Source: Camelus dromedarius (taxonomy: Eukaryota). From it: a stretch of 64,000 nt of DNA. The stretch spans positions 113,460,001 to 113,524,000 of the forward strand of contig NC_087436.1 in the NCBI RefSeq assembly GCF_036321535.1. The letters run 5' to 3'. Both the position numbers and the translations under genes were made by a program. Positions within the stretch are counted from its first letter, which is position 1, and each line of letters opens with the position of its first letter. Below the pieces are notes generated by a model. It made no database searches, had not been told where the DNA came from, and saw only the letters and a program-made list of their open reading frames with translations. Shown here piece after piece: positions 38,184 to 51,080 of this stretch.

Positions 38184-38345
38184 GCAACAGTTGGCAAACT
38201 TTTTCAGCAAAAAGCCAGATGATGATAAATTTTTTAGACTTCAGTCTAGAAAAGGTCTCTTGCAACAACCTGACTCTGCTGTTGTCCTCTGAAAGCAGCT
38301 ACAGACAAGAGTAAACAAAGGGATATGGCTCTGTTCCAATGAACC
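38184..38345 (+). mobile_element. MER58A MITE (3' truncated)
   Basis: cagttggcaaactttttcagcaaaaagccagatgatgataaatttt...ggctctgttccaat. Confidence 0.8.
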
Positions 38346-39899
38346 CTGGTTTATACTCAGGAAGCAGGCGAGACTGTGCATCTGGGCTGTAGCTGGCCAA
38401 CTCCTGGTCTGGAGAGTGTGAAGGTACCTGAGATGCGGTCCTCTGGAGTTGGATGGTCCAGGCAAATAATTGGCTACGTCACAGCCATTCCTTTCCATGA
38501 CAGCACCATGAAGTAGCTGTTAGGATTCTTTTTGTTTGAGATAATAATCTGCACTCTGATACTGTTATTGACTTTTTCAATGTCACATACCAAGTAAGGG
38601 GCAAAGTCTGTATTGGAACACAGATTTATTTTACTTCCAAGCCCATGAAAGACCTTGCCTCTACCCCATCCTATCTCCTATTCCTCCCCCCGCCCCCTCC
38701 CACCAAACTATCCTGTGATGGTGACAAATTGTTTTGCAAGCTTTTCTCACTTTCCCCCAAGGGCACTTTTCTTCCTTGAACGATTTTTTTAAAAGCCAAA
38801 TAAAAAGGGATGGTGAGTCTCTAAATGTACCATCGTTGCTTTTGTTCAGTACAATAGACTTTATATTGCTTTGTCCAGTCCCTGCGAAGTGGGACATAGG
38901 AGGTTTGTTTCCAAGAAATTAGCATCTTATTTCTCTCTCTCTCTCTCTCTCTCTTTTTTTGCTCCCAACACAGTTTTATCTTGGGGATAAACAGTGTTAT
39001 TTTCATTCCCTCCACTTGAGCCCCACATCAAACGTTTTCTATTAAAATTTAAATAAGCCACTTCAGAGACAGATGAAGATGTGAGGCTGAAATGAGCTGA
39101 TTCACTAGAATTTGTTCCTGAGAATATAACTTATTTTCTCTTACAGCTTATGCAACTTGGTTTCATAATAGAAGTTTTAAGTGGGCCAACATCATGCCAT
39201 TATAGTCATTTCCTTCAACTTTTCCACCCAGAATAGCCAACTGCAAAAGGGGAAATGAGGGACACAAACTCTTCCCCCACCCCATGGAGACCCAATTATT
39301 ATTCTAGGAAATTGCTGGAAGCTGAAATTTTTTTGAAGATATATTGGATCTTTTTGTGTGATCGTCAATCTGTACACATAGCAACAAAATCTTTGCTGCT
39401 GGCTGATTGTCCAAATTTTTCTCTTTTTCCTTTGGTTGAAGTTGGAGACAGGGCTTGCCAAGGTGGGAATGTATGTGTAGGGTGAGGTGGGAGGTACTGA
39501 GTGGAGATGGGAGTAGGACCAGAGAGCAGGGTGAATGCCGAGGGGGACAAAGGCAAGGTTGAAAATTGACTGATGGGCCCAGACCCAAAGTGCCAGAAGG
39601 AGAGGCTGGATGATCTCTAAATCAGAGGTCTAAAGTCAGGGCACAGAGTGAAGAATTCAGGACCAAGGAGGTGAGACAAGTGTAAGCAAAGTACTGGAGG
39701 GGTGGACTAATGTGGGAGTCATCCTGAGTGATTCATAGGAGAGCATTATCCAAGCTATGTTCATTATCAATCTGTGTTCTAAGAGAGAGTGGTTCTTTTG
39801 TTGAGTAATTTGAAAATATGAAACTTGATTCCTAGGGAACCATAGTGATAGGGATAATAATAAAAATAATAATAGAAATTTTAAAAATTAGAAACATAG

Positions 39900-40255
39900 G
39901 TGATTGCTGACATAAGCCTTACTACCACTCACCAATACCCCATCTTTAATACTAAATGAATGAATCGTTCCTGCTGTTTAAATTAGGCATGGACACATGG
40001 CTTGTGTGGACCAATGAAATGTGAGTGGAAGTGATGTGTAACTGCTAGTGTTTATCTCTAAAATTTGCTTTTCACCCTGTCTCTATGACTAGTGGCATTC
40101 CCTAAATGAAGACGACTCCCCGTACTCCAATGACTCCATGTCTAGTGTGGGAGGGACATGAAGGATGAACAAGAAGTAAGTTTTTGCTGTTCTAAGCCAC
40201 TGAGATTTTTGGGTTTGCTTGTTATAGAAGCATAATCTAGCTTATCCTGACAGAT
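39900..40255 (+). mobile_element. MLT1J-type MaLR LTR
   Basis: ggaccaatgaaatgtgagtggaagtgatgtgt...gctgttctaagccactgagatttttggg...ttgttatagaagcataatctagcttatcctgac. Confidence 0.75.
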
Positions 40256-41036
40256 AAAAGAGCTAACATTTAATGAGCACTTACTATGTGCCAGATACCA
40301 CTCACAGTGTTTACATGTGTTAACACATTAATATATTATTAGTGGCTCTGGTATGTCTAGAGGTAAGTAAATACAGAAGTAAAGAAACATGTATAACGTT
40401 CTCCAAGTGTATAGAACAATAGATGCCCCTCATTTCTGCTTTGCTTATTTTGGATATAGAACACCTATTGATGCTTTGCAGAACACAACCTGATAACACA
40501 CACTGGAAAACTCAGGCCTGAAATATGCTCCACTGTCCATCGCTTGAGATGGGGCATCATGGACTGCAGGAAGAATAAAAGCCTTACATAGTGGGCAAAT
40601 AGGGATAAAGAGTTAAAAATGCTGGCAGTTTCTCCTATCCTTTCCATGGAGGAGCCTGAGATGATTAACGGTTCTTCATTAAAGTGTGACTCTGACTCTT
40701 GGCTAACGCTCAGTATCAGAGGAGCACTGGAAGAGGAGGTTGGACGTGGAACAATGGGAAAGACAAGGCCTGTAATTTTGTGGGTTGATCTCCCTAGAAA
40801 ATCTGCCAGAGTACTAGCTTCTTTTCCTTAAACCAAAACCCCAGGAAAAGATAAAATTCCTTATCAGTTGAATAGGTAGGGGAGCAACTAAGACCAAGAG
40901 CAAGAGTTAAGTAAGTCTAAGCTTGGAGCAATGAGGCTCTTGGGGCTAATGCATCCATGGCCAGCATTGCTGTATTAGTCATAGTAATACGACTGAATGG
41001 TCATGTATTGGGGAATGTATTACAAAGATGTCAGGC

Positions 41037-41420
41037 ATGATGGCTAATTTAAGGTGTCAGCTTGTCTGGGCCATGGGGTGCGCAGGTTAAGCATTACTTC
41101 TGGTTGTATCTGTGAGGGTGTTTCTGGATGACAGCTTCTAAATTGGTGGGCTCAGTAAAGCAGATTGCCTTCCCCAACGTAGATGGGAATCATTCAATAC
41201 ATTGAGGACCTGAATAGAATAAAGAGCAGATGAAGGAGGAATTTTCCCCGTTTTGCTTCCTGCCTGCCTACTTGAGCTGGGACATTGGTCTTCTCCTGCC
41301 TCGGATGGGGATTTATGCCATCAACTCTTCTGGTTCTTGGAGTCTTTGGACTCAGACTAGAATTACACCACCAGACATTCTGGGTCTCCAGCTTAGAGGC
41401 AGAAGATATGGGGACCTCTG
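41037..41420 (+). mobile_element. MLT2 (ERVL) LTR
   Basis: tgatggctaatttaaggtgtcagcttg...gtatctgtgagggtgtttctggatg...agtaaagcagattgccttccccaacgtagatggg...gaggacctgaatagaataaa. Confidence 0.88.
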
Positions 41421-41479
41421 GATATCGAAACTACATGGAAAGGACTCAGGACTGTGCTCACTGATTATATGGCTTAGAA

Positions 41480-41760
41480 CATTCTTCTATCAGACCTTGC
41501 ATGCCTGACTCCTCCTCATCATTCAGGCCTTGCCCAAAATGTCATCACTATAGAGGGGACTTTGCTGATCTCTCAACTTTGCAGGACCAAGTCACTTTCC
41601 ATCACATCACTCTGTTTTACTTACACCCCAGCACTCACTACTACCTGATATTTTTTTGTTGATTTCTTTGTTCATCATTTGTCTACACTTAATAAAATGT
41701 ATGTGCCATGGGGACAGAGACCTTGTAATTCTTGATAAGGAACAACCAGTATCCAGCACA
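41480..41760 (+). mobile_element. L2 3' fragment
   Basis: gactcctcctcatcattcagg...aaaatgtatgtgccatggggacagagaccttg...atccagcacaata. Confidence 0.7.
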
Positions 41761-42619
41761 ATATCTTACACCTAATAGAAATGCAACAGCCTTTCAGAGT
41801 GATCAACTGAATGAATTCTCAAAGGAATAACAGGTGTAACACAAAGTAATGGAGCTCATTACAGTAAAACACACATAAAGGTGACAAAAACAAACCCTAA
41901 GGTGGTAGCATTCCACCAATAGCAGGAGACAGATGTGGAAAAGCCCTCAGTCCATGTCTATAAAATGGACCCGTGCAGGACTACAAGTCAGGGTTGCTGT
42001 GTTGCCTGACTCAAGAGGCTACCCTTCATTTCTAACTCCACTGAGGATGGGTTTGTGACACTTACTGGGTGTTTCCACAACCTCCATAGTTTAACCCTAG
42101 CAAAGCATCTACAGTTCAGGACTGTGATTGTTTGTTAACTTACCTACCTCAATATTTAGCCCACATGGTCTTAGCAAGACTATGTCTTATTTGTGACATT
42201 GTTCAGCTCATAGAATATTTAATAAGAATTTGTGAAATGGATGCATTAATGAACAGTTTTATAGACAATCCCTTTATCACCTCAACCCAATTGTTGACTC
42301 TCATACTAATGCTTACTGCCTGCAGCTTGAGCCTATTCTAGACTTCGGGTCCAAAATGGCAGATAGATTTCATCCCATATGCCATATTGACTACTATTAG
42401 TTGCTACCTAAAGGCTTGTAAAGAGAAGGCTCTCAAGGCTAGTTCTAGTGTCTAATGGACATGGGTATCATGATTGATTAGTAATGTCTGCACTAGGCAA
42501 GGGACAGAGTGGTGGCATGAATTCCATGTATTTTCTAACCCAAACTTATAGCCTCCTCATTAGTGAAGGGCGCCTGCAACTGATTCACTCTTACCCAACA
42601 CCTCTTTATAGTCAGTATT

Positions 42620-43020
42620 TCAACCAAATGCAGAAATCACATTGCATGTGCTCATGATATCAAGATAGCTGCTGTAATGCCAGTCCCCACATTCTCACAC
42701 CATTATGTCAAGAAGAAAACAAGTTTCTTCTCACCTGTCTCTTTTCATCAGGGAAGAAAATCTTTTACAGAAACCCCCAATGGACTTCCCCTTTGTGCCT
42801 CATTGGCCAAGGTTGAGTCACATGGCCATGCCTGAATCCAGCCCTGTCAAAAGAAATAGAATTGCCTTTATTGGCTTGGACTGATCAATATTCCTTTCTT
42901 GAGTCTAGCCTGGAGCCATCTTCCTTGAGATCATGAGAAGATTAACATGAACAAAATCAAGGACTTTCCTTTAAGGAGGAAGGAAGCAGAGTGGGGTTAG
43001 TTATGCAACTAAGAACGTCT
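42620..43020 (-). mobile_element. MLT1K/L-type MaLR LTR
   Basis: caagatagctgctg..., gacttcccctttgtgcctcattggccaaggttgagtcacatggccatgcc, gaacaaaatcaaggac. Confidence 0.65.
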
Positions 43021-44639
43021 TCTGTAATTCACATTTGTATCTCAAATTCCAAAGACTGCAAATCACTTAGTAGGGCCTGTGAAATAGTTGTGCCAAGAAA
43101 ACCCCATTCTTTCCTGTACTTCCAACTACCTACTCAGTATCTCCTCTTGGATTGCCACCAAACCACCAGATGCTAAGAGGGAGGTGTGGCACCTATTCCG
43201 CTGGGCCACTTTTGTCTTTGTTTTCTGACTGTCTCTCTGCCAATAGCCAAGCACCTCTGCAACACTCTTTGCTGAGATGTTACTGAGGAAGTGAGTACGG
43301 CCCAGTGGAAAGTGGGCTGGAAAACTTGGTTTTTGTGTGTAGCCTGATGCTAACTTGCTGGTTGACCTTCGGCAAGTTCCTTAACCATCTGAGCCTCTGC
43401 ACTTCTCTCTGCAACCCCTAAGAATGCCTGAACAGTGTCCCGTGGGAATCTTCACCCAAGGATATTCTTTTGTAGGATTCTCAAAGGAAGCTAGATTGAA
43501 GTTGTAAATATTGAGTGAAAGGATTTTAGGCAGATTTAAGTCTAAGGGCAGTGCTTCCTAAACAAAGACCTGCTCAGCCTTCCCACCTGTGCTCATGAAG
43601 GTAGCCACTTCTTTTGCTTCCTGGCAAGGCCGACTGCAACCCAAAGCTGCCAGGCCACAGTGGCTGGGAGTGTAGTTATAGTTCAAGTTTAAACATGAAT
43701 GACCAGAGAGGATGACTCCTGATTTAGGGCCACCCCCTCTTTGGCTGGCAGGGATTTCAGGGGCAGTTAGGAGGAGGCTGCAGGAGGAAATGGGGCAGCT
43801 GCCAGCAGGATACCTGCAAAACCTGAATGGAAAAGGGCCCCAGGCTGGGAGGTGGAGCGGCCCTCTGCACTCAGGCCCTCCTCCTCCTTTCTCAGCACTT
43901 GGGTCTCTCCCCAGAGCAGTAAGCCTCGGTCTGTGGGACAGAGGATCTACCCACTGTGGAGCCACCTGAGTTCCAAGTTGCCCGTGGAATCAGGTTTGAA
44001 CTGCTGGTGAGCTGGACTGTGTGATAGAAAAAGACCAAAGTCTTCACTTCTGCCATGGTGCCAAATTGTGTTGGTTACCGATCAGTTTTCACGTGGGAAA
44101 TTCTTGGCTGGTTTTGCCCTTAGTGAAAGCTCCCTTCACTTCAATGCTGCTCTCTGAGAGATTTATATCTTGACAGCCTGGAGCAGCCACAGAAAGTGTT
44201 CCCATGACCTGAGTAACTAAACACAGCTCTGTGTGTGAATACAATAGAGATACATTTTTCTTCCCTCCTGATATCTTTTGTATAATTCATAACTTGTTGG
44301 CTTGTGCAAGTCACCTGGCCTCCATGGGTCCTAGTGGTCTTGCTGTAAAGTGGGTATGAGGATGCCTATTACCTCTTACATTTTGCTTCCAACAAAGCCG
44401 TTCATTCATCTCATCTAAAGTCTTTGACTTGATGGGGTTACCTCTAGTTTTAAGATCTACAGTTTGCTGAAGTAAAATGTGACTTTTATTTAGTTTTGCA
44501 GAAGAACCCTTACTTAACTGATCTTAGTGGGGGAAAAGCCCTGTTAAATTCTGCATTGTCACAGGTCAGGTAGTGACAGGCTTGACTTCTTCAAAGGCTC
44601 TGGTTCAAATAATAGCTCTAGTCTAGTGGCATCTCTTTA

Positions 44640-44850
44640 TAAGATGCACTGCACTTTTGCCTTTCAATTTGCAACTTCATTTTCTCCCCACAATAACCAG
44701 TAAAATTGATATTATCACTTCCATCTACCAAATAAGAATATTGATGCTTGAGGGGAATAAACGATGTTCCCAAGGTCACCCAGAAGAAATAAGCAGAATC
44801 AATACCTAGAACTAGGTCTTCTGACTCCACACCCAGTGCCTTTTCCACTA
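44640..44850 (-). mobile_element. MIR SINE
   Basis: cccaaggtcacccag...agaactaggtcttctgactccacacccagtgccttttccactaca. Confidence 0.75.
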
Positions 44851-46899
44851 CAGAGATGATTACACTAGCCATGTCTTGGAGTTGTTTAATGCTTTATCTC
44901 AAAATCAGTCAAAAACATAATAAGTGCCTACTATGAGCCAGGCTCTTTGATAAATGCCAGATAACTCCCAACCCCTGTGCTACAGAAGCTCATGGTTGAA
45001 TAGTCAAGATAAGATTCCTGCAGAAATAGCCCCAATACAGAGCAGAGTGTAAATAGCTTAGGAAGTAGAGAGTGCTCAGATCGTGGGGGCCATTGAACGT
45101 CTAGCTAAGGTGTTTGGAATTTATTGGTAGATCATGAGGAGCCACTGAAAGCCTTGGTTGAGTATCCTGTGTTCAATAAGCTCTTTCTTAAGCAAAATAA
45201 AGAAGACAAAACACGGGAAGAGTTTAGAGCAAGGACTTGCATGTTCACCATTTTCCACTGGAGGAAAAATGGAGAACAAGCAAGATGCAGTGATGTGCTT
45301 AAGTCACAATGAGTGAGAGAGAACAGGGGCTCTCACTAACCATCCTCCTCCATGCCCTTTTCTTAATTTCTATTGTGCAGACATGGTAGAAGTTGACTGG
45401 ATAGGAAGACAGGAGCTGGTGCACCAGAGGGGCTGCCCTAGCTTTCATCTCCTTCTCTGGGTAATTGTATACAAGTCTGCTGGCTCTTAGAGGCTACTTT
45501 AGTCCTGCTACTTTTCTGCCAGGCCCTTACCATGTGACATGCTCTGACCAATAGGCTGTTAGCAGACCTGACACAGTAGTGTTTTGAAATGGCCTTGTGC
45601 TCTGGGCTTTGCCCTCTTGTACCTCTGTCATCACACATGAGCCTGTGCGGGCTAGCTCAGAGTGAGACAGCACTGCAAAGTTGTGTGCAAAGAGTGGGTA
45701 CAAGGTCGGAGGAAACCTGGGACATCATTGCAATTTAACAGCATCTGTCTGCTGTCACACCCACTCTTCCCATATCACCATACTGTTTCTCCACAGTATC
45801 TATGCTGAATTCCATTCATGTCATCTAGGGCTACATGAGTGAGTGGACTAACCCCCTGATCCTAGGTATGCCCCATCGCCTTTAAGTGCAGCCCAAATAT
45901 CATTTCTTTCAGGAGATACTAAACACTCCTAAATCCTCCTAATGGTTCTCTTCTCAGTGCACCTAGAGCAAGTAAAAATGCACTCTGAAGATATTGAATG
46001 AATATACTGTTTTTGATATATTGTCTCATTTGAATATCTCCTTCAAGCAAATATGTAGCAGACGGGGATTCCAGGTAAGAGGCGGAGAGAGTGTGTGAGA
46101 GCCCCAAGTAGCTACAAGTTGAAAGGTACCTACTCCAACCTGTAGGGACTCTCCAATGGTGGTTCCTTAAGAACTCAAGGAAAAGGTCTTATCCAGGCAG
46201 GAATCATGGATTTCAGTCCCCAGAGTCTTATCCACAGGGCAGAGGATGAAAGACGTAATTGAGAGTGGATATTTGGTATGAGAGGATCTTAAATTTGTAC
46301 ACATCCAGGGCCCCTGTCATTATCAGAAATACTAGTGATACATAACTGGGCACCTATTATGTATCTTCCAGGTAGATGTTGTAACTCCCATTTAATGTAT
46401 GAAAAAACTGAGACTCAAAAGAGAAGTGATAACCCAAGATCAAAAAGCTAGTAAGCCAAAGAAATATAGTCCAAACCCAAGCCTCCTTAACCCAGAGCCC
46501 AGCACTTTTCTGCTCTGCCACTTTCAAGATGTATTAGTACCATCGTGTTTCCAGCTGTGAAACTACCTCATCTAAGCTGTCAGACTCTCCCCAGTGGGGC
46601 CACACCACCAGGTGGGGATTTGGTGAGAAAGGCAGTTGTGAAGAAGGATCCTAGGAGAACTTGTCTGCACTCCCATGGACAGACGTGCACCTGGCTCATG
46701 TCCCACCATCTACAAGCCCCACGTGTCCCAGTTGGCCGTAGCATTGGCTGGTGGAACACAGTAGTACTTGTTGGAGAGGAAGGAGCAAAAATTCTAGCTC
46801 TGGCTCTGCTGTGTGACTCCAGGCAAGTCAAAACCTCTTGGTTTGAGTTACTTAAAAGCTATAAAATGAGGGAGTTGAACAACATTCAATTCAGCACTC

Positions 46900-47230
46900 A
46901 ACTTTGGGTCCTACTAGAGCTAGTGAATGAATCAGAGTGAAGAGTGACAGAGAGTCAGTCCCTGCCTCCAAGGAGCGCACGGTCCACTGAGGCAAGAGCA
47001 CAAGCCCCGGTTCCTCTGACACAGCTCAAGCTGTAGTGAGAACTGTGGCAGAGGTGTAGACATACCAGCCACACTGCCAGGGGTGACAAAGAGGGAGAGA
47101 CCTGTAGGGAGGACTGAGGGAAGGTTGCCCCGGAAGCTGACAGGCAGGGGAAGCTTCAGGAATGAGTAGAGTTTTTTAAGAGGAGTTAAGGGTCTCATTT
47201 CATCTGAGCATCTTCAGCGTCTGTCAGAGT
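46900..47230 (-). mobile_element. L2 fragment
   Basis: cagagagtcagtccctgcctccaaggagcgcacggtcc. Confidence 0.6.
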
Positions 47231-48229
47231 GTCTGGCAAATTGCATGTCTCAATGTCTGCTTGTTGACTGCAGATGGAGAGATGATGGAGGATAAATTAA
47301 TGGGCATTTCAGCCACAGAAATGCTATATTCCATTGTTTATAGGCTCCACAAGGCAGCAAGAAAAGTAATTATATTGTGTTTTATATTTTATAATCTGGC
47401 CAAGAAGTCTGACATATATGGAAACACATTGTGCTCGTTATTCTTTTGGGTGATTTAAGGGTATTGCTTATTATAAACACTTTGTAATGTGGGGGAAATT
47501 GTAAAGGTGTGACTAATCTTATCATCCAAAGATGATCAGTTTTAACATTGTTCTATACTCTTCCAATCTTTTCCCTGTGCTTACACATACACAAACACAC
47601 GCAAACACTTTTTCCCATACATGGATTGAAAATATGTTCAGATGGGAAACAAAATGAGATAACATAGCTCCAATAGTCTATTGGACTTTTTATGAAAATG
47701 AAACCCATGGTAAAATAAAAGAAGGGTGTAACATGGCATCTTAGGCTATAGACGTTCAAAATATTAAAAAATAATTTCTTTTTTTCCAAATATAGTCTTT
47801 CTTTTCTCTGCAAAACAGTGATGTTAATGGTGATGATAATGATTATCATTCATTAACCCCCTACCAGATACCAAGCAGTGTACAAAGTACCTTTTTTAAT
47901 CTCAGCACAACTTTGCAAGTTGGATAATGCTATCTCTCTTTTAAAGAGGAAGTTTAGAAAGTTGCCAAATATACTAGCTGGGAACCCAGGCTTCTCCAAC
48001 TCAAAGCTGAGTTTTCACTCCAAGGATGTCAGAAGTGGTGTTCTAGAGGTTTCCGCACAGGACTGAGAACAAGACTTCTGAATGTCATAGGATCCTTGCA
48101 TAACTTTAAAGGGCTTTCGATGATGTGTCTTTGTGCTGTAGACGTTCTAATGGAGCTGACAGTGGGCTGCTGCAGTCAGTTGTTGGCTGCCGTGCCTGTT
48201 AAAGTCCCTGGACTTACCTCTCTGACAGC

Positions 48230-48520
48230 ACTGACTACATGAGTTTCAAAGAGTGTCTTGCACAACCATCCCCTCTGAGCTCCCTGCCAATAGCCTGCAT
48301 CAATTGCCAGCCATGTGAGTGAGCCATCCTGGACCTGCACCCCAAGTAAGGCTTTAGATCAGCATAGGTCACTGTCCACAGGCTGCAACCGCATGAGAGA
48401 CCCAGTGGGAGAACCAACCAGTGGGGCTCGCTCAATCTGCTGGACCAGGGAAGATACTAATAAATTTTTCTTCCATTCAGGGGATAATTTTGTTACACAG
48501 TAATAGATAATCATAGCAGT
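48230..48520 (+). mobile_element. MLT1G/H-type MaLR LTR 3' half
   Basis: gcatcaattgccagccatgtgagtgagccatcctggac...actgcaaccgcatgagagaccc-like segment...tttgttacacagtaatagataa. Confidence 0.75.
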
Positions 48521-48739
48521 GACATTGAGTTGGTTTGAATTTCAGATCTAAGAAATTTTTCCAGGAAATTTTTTCCCAGTAAGTGGATTTTTGGCTTTAA
48601 AATTCAAAGTCATATGCAGGAAAGTTTGTTTTTGACTGTTATGTAACTGGCCACCTCCATTAAATGTTGGCAGTGAGGGTCTCTTCTGCACCTATATTGG
48701 CAAAAGGCTCTGTGTAGATAGACATTTCAATAGCTTAAG

Positions 48740-49020
48740 TTTTGGCAACACCATTAGTGTATTTTAAAAAGGGAAAAACATGGTGTCCAGAGCCAAAAAT
48801 GACTTATAAAGATTCCTGATAAAACCATGAAAAAACCATTTAGAAATATTGAGAATAAATTAGGTTACAGAGTGATATGCAATACAGGGTTTAAACAGGC
48901 AAGTCATATTGGCCTGATTTTCTTGTGTAATAACATTCTGGGCCAGTAGATTGAGAGGAAGTAGACCTGCATTCCTGAACAAATTTATACTTACTCATAA
49001 TAGATTATTCATTGTATATT
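48740..49020 (+). mobile_element. CR1/L3 LINE ORF2 (RT region) relic
   Basis: Collinear degenerate CR1 RT motifs: FKKGK (48763-48777), IPDKTM (cf. IPGKIM, from 48812), GF..GKS (cf. HGF.KGKSC), VD...VD (cf. VDxGxAVD). Confidence 0.6.
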
Positions 49021-49463
49021 TGTGTGGATAATCCTTGCTGAGATTCTGTGATACTCTTTTCTTTTTTTTTCAGGTAATGATAATAATTTGCTGATTTCAT
49101 AAAAGAATTTGCAAGTTACAGTTTTATTGATCTAGAATATTTTAAACAGTCTTGGCATTGTTTGTCTTCAAAGTCTTGTTAGAATCCTTTTATAAAACTC
49201 TTCGCCTAGAGCTCTCTGTGTACATGTTGTGTGTATGTGTGAGAGATCAGGGGGTGGGGAGTCAGTGGTGACTTGTAGAATTCTGACTTGCACAATTGTT
49301 TGGATAGTAGTGCCATTGCCTAAGATAGGGAGCTTTGGAAGAAGGCCTGGACTGGGTGAAAATCTCACGGATTTAATTTTAGAGAAATGGTGATTTTCAG
49401 ACTTTGGCTGGGGTGGAGGACTTGACAAGGAGACTTGGACAGAAGCTGTGTTTACATATTATA

Positions 49464-49596
49464 NNNNNNNNNNNNNNNNNNNNNNNNNNNNNNNNNNNNN
49501 NNNNNNNNNNNNNNNNNNNNNNNNNNNNNNNNNNNNNNNNNNNNNNNNNNNNNNNNNNNNNNNNNNNNNNNNNNNNNNNNNNNNNNNNNNNNNNNN
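49464..49596. other. Assembly gap (133 N) covering one end of an MLT1 LTR
   Basis: N run; the right flank starts inside MLT1. Confidence 0.95.
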
Positions 49597-49888
49597 CTCT
49601 GAGGGAAAATCTCCAGGCCCTTCTCCCAGCTTCTGGGAGCTCTTTGGCTTGTGATGTCATAACTTCAGTCTTCCCACATCATTCGCCCTGTGTGTGTGTC
49701 TGCTTTCAAATTTCCCCTCCTTATGAGGACACTAGTTATACTGGACTAGAGCCCCTTCTAAAGCCTTCATTTTAATTGTGTTACCTCAGTGAAGACCCTA
49801 TCTCCAAATGAACTCACTTTCTGAGGTCCTGGGGTTTGGGACTCCAACACATGTGCTTTGAGGGGGGAGCACAGTTCAATGCATCACA
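49597..49888 (-). mobile_element. MLT1B-like MaLR LTR (3' end in gap)
   Basis: ttatgaggacactagttatactgga...gaagaccctatctccaaat...ttctgaggtcctgggg...gggggagcacagttcaatgcatcaca. Confidence 0.85.
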
Positions 49889-50063
49889 AATATCAAGCAT
49901 GCTGTTCTAACTTAGATGTTGTTCATTTGGGGGTAGCTTATGGGGCAGGGGAGGCTAGTGAAGAGTGAATGAAAAAATGATCTCTCCCTCTGCCATTCCT
50001 TGTTGCTGCCACTGATTTGCTGCCACATACGAATCTGAGGTGACTTCAAGATATCAAAAGCAG

Positions 50064-50363
50064 ATGTTATGCCAAGTAAAAGAAGTCAGTCACATAAGAC
50101 CACATACTGTATTGTTGCATTTATATGAAGTGATGCAAATAGGCAAATCCATAGAGACAAATTTGCAGTCGCCTAAGACTGGGGCTGGGGTGGGATGTGG
50201 ACTGCTGCTAATGGGTTTCTTTTGGGGGTGATGAAAACGTTCTAAAACTTGACTATGGTGATTGTCACACAACTCTGTGACTACTTTAAAATCCACTGAA
50301 TTATAACTTTAAATGTGTAAGTTATATGGTTTGTGAATCATATCTCAATAAAGCTGCTAAAAA
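50064..50363 (+). mobile_element. L1MB-type 3' terminus
   Basis: aagtaaaagaagtcagtcacataagaccacatactgta...ggcaaatccatagagaca...gggtgatgaaaacgttctaaaac...atatctcaataaagctg. Confidence 0.9.
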
Positions 50364-50579
50364 TCAAAGCAGATGTTAAGTCAGCAGTTGGAATGTAAGG
50401 GTATTTGAGTAAATTTTTCAGTCCATTTCAGTCATGAGATTCTAAGACCCTGCATTTTTTTTCACCTCTCTGGAGCTCAGTTTTGTTATTTGTAAAACGA
50501 GGAGACTGGAGTCTATGTAATAGACGATCCTCTCTTCAATTCAATTAAAACATCACCCGACGTTCTTATTTTACCTACG

Positions 50580-50850
50580 GAACAGACTAGCTTAGTGCGA
50601 GCATGGGCTTTGAGAGCAGCAGACCTGAATTTGAATCTGACTCTTTTACCTACCAGCTCTGCAACTTTGGGCAAATTATTGTACCTCTCTGAAACTCCAT
50701 CTCCAAATCAGGACATGGAATGGGAATAATAATGATGATGATGATGATGATGATGATGATGGTTCTTTCCTCACGGGGCTATTGAGAGGATTTGAGATGC
50801 TAATATTCTAAAGAGTTTAGCAACATTTGGCACCTGGTAAATCCCTAAAA
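50580..50850 (+). mobile_element. MIR SINE with embedded (ATG)10 at 50732-50761
   Basis: gagcatgggctttgagagcagcagacctgaatttgaatc...ctttgggcaaatt...tattgagaggatttgagatg. Confidence 0.75.
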
Positions 50851-50945
50851 GGCAGTAGCTATTATTGCCATCAGCATTAACTTTCTCAGGTCAAGACTAA
50901 TGACTCTACTTCACCAAAATGGGCTGGATGATTCTTTTTGCACAG

Positions 50946-51080
50946 GTGTTGATTTGCCCTTTCATAGTCGCTGCTCTATCAGTTACACAGCCTACGCAGT
51001 ATTTAATTTTTGAGTATTTTGACACAGTAACATCTGTGTTAGTCCAGCAGATATTTTTCCTCGCACTCCTCCTGCATCTG
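50946..51080 (+). other. Exon-shaped 135-nt phase 0/0 segment (unverified)
   Basis: ttctttttgcacAG|GTG...CTG|GTaaga; the only open frame is VLICPFIVAALSVTQPTQYLIFEYFDTVTSVLVQQIFFLALLLHL; not recognised. Confidence 0.25.

Noticed and set aside
46605-46617. CTCF-like CCACCAGGTGGGG
   Set aside because: It mismatches the conserved GGC(A/G) end of the motif, and a single imperfect match is not supportable.
13391-49775. ORFs containing long X runs
   Set aside because: They are artefacts of translating through the four N gaps.
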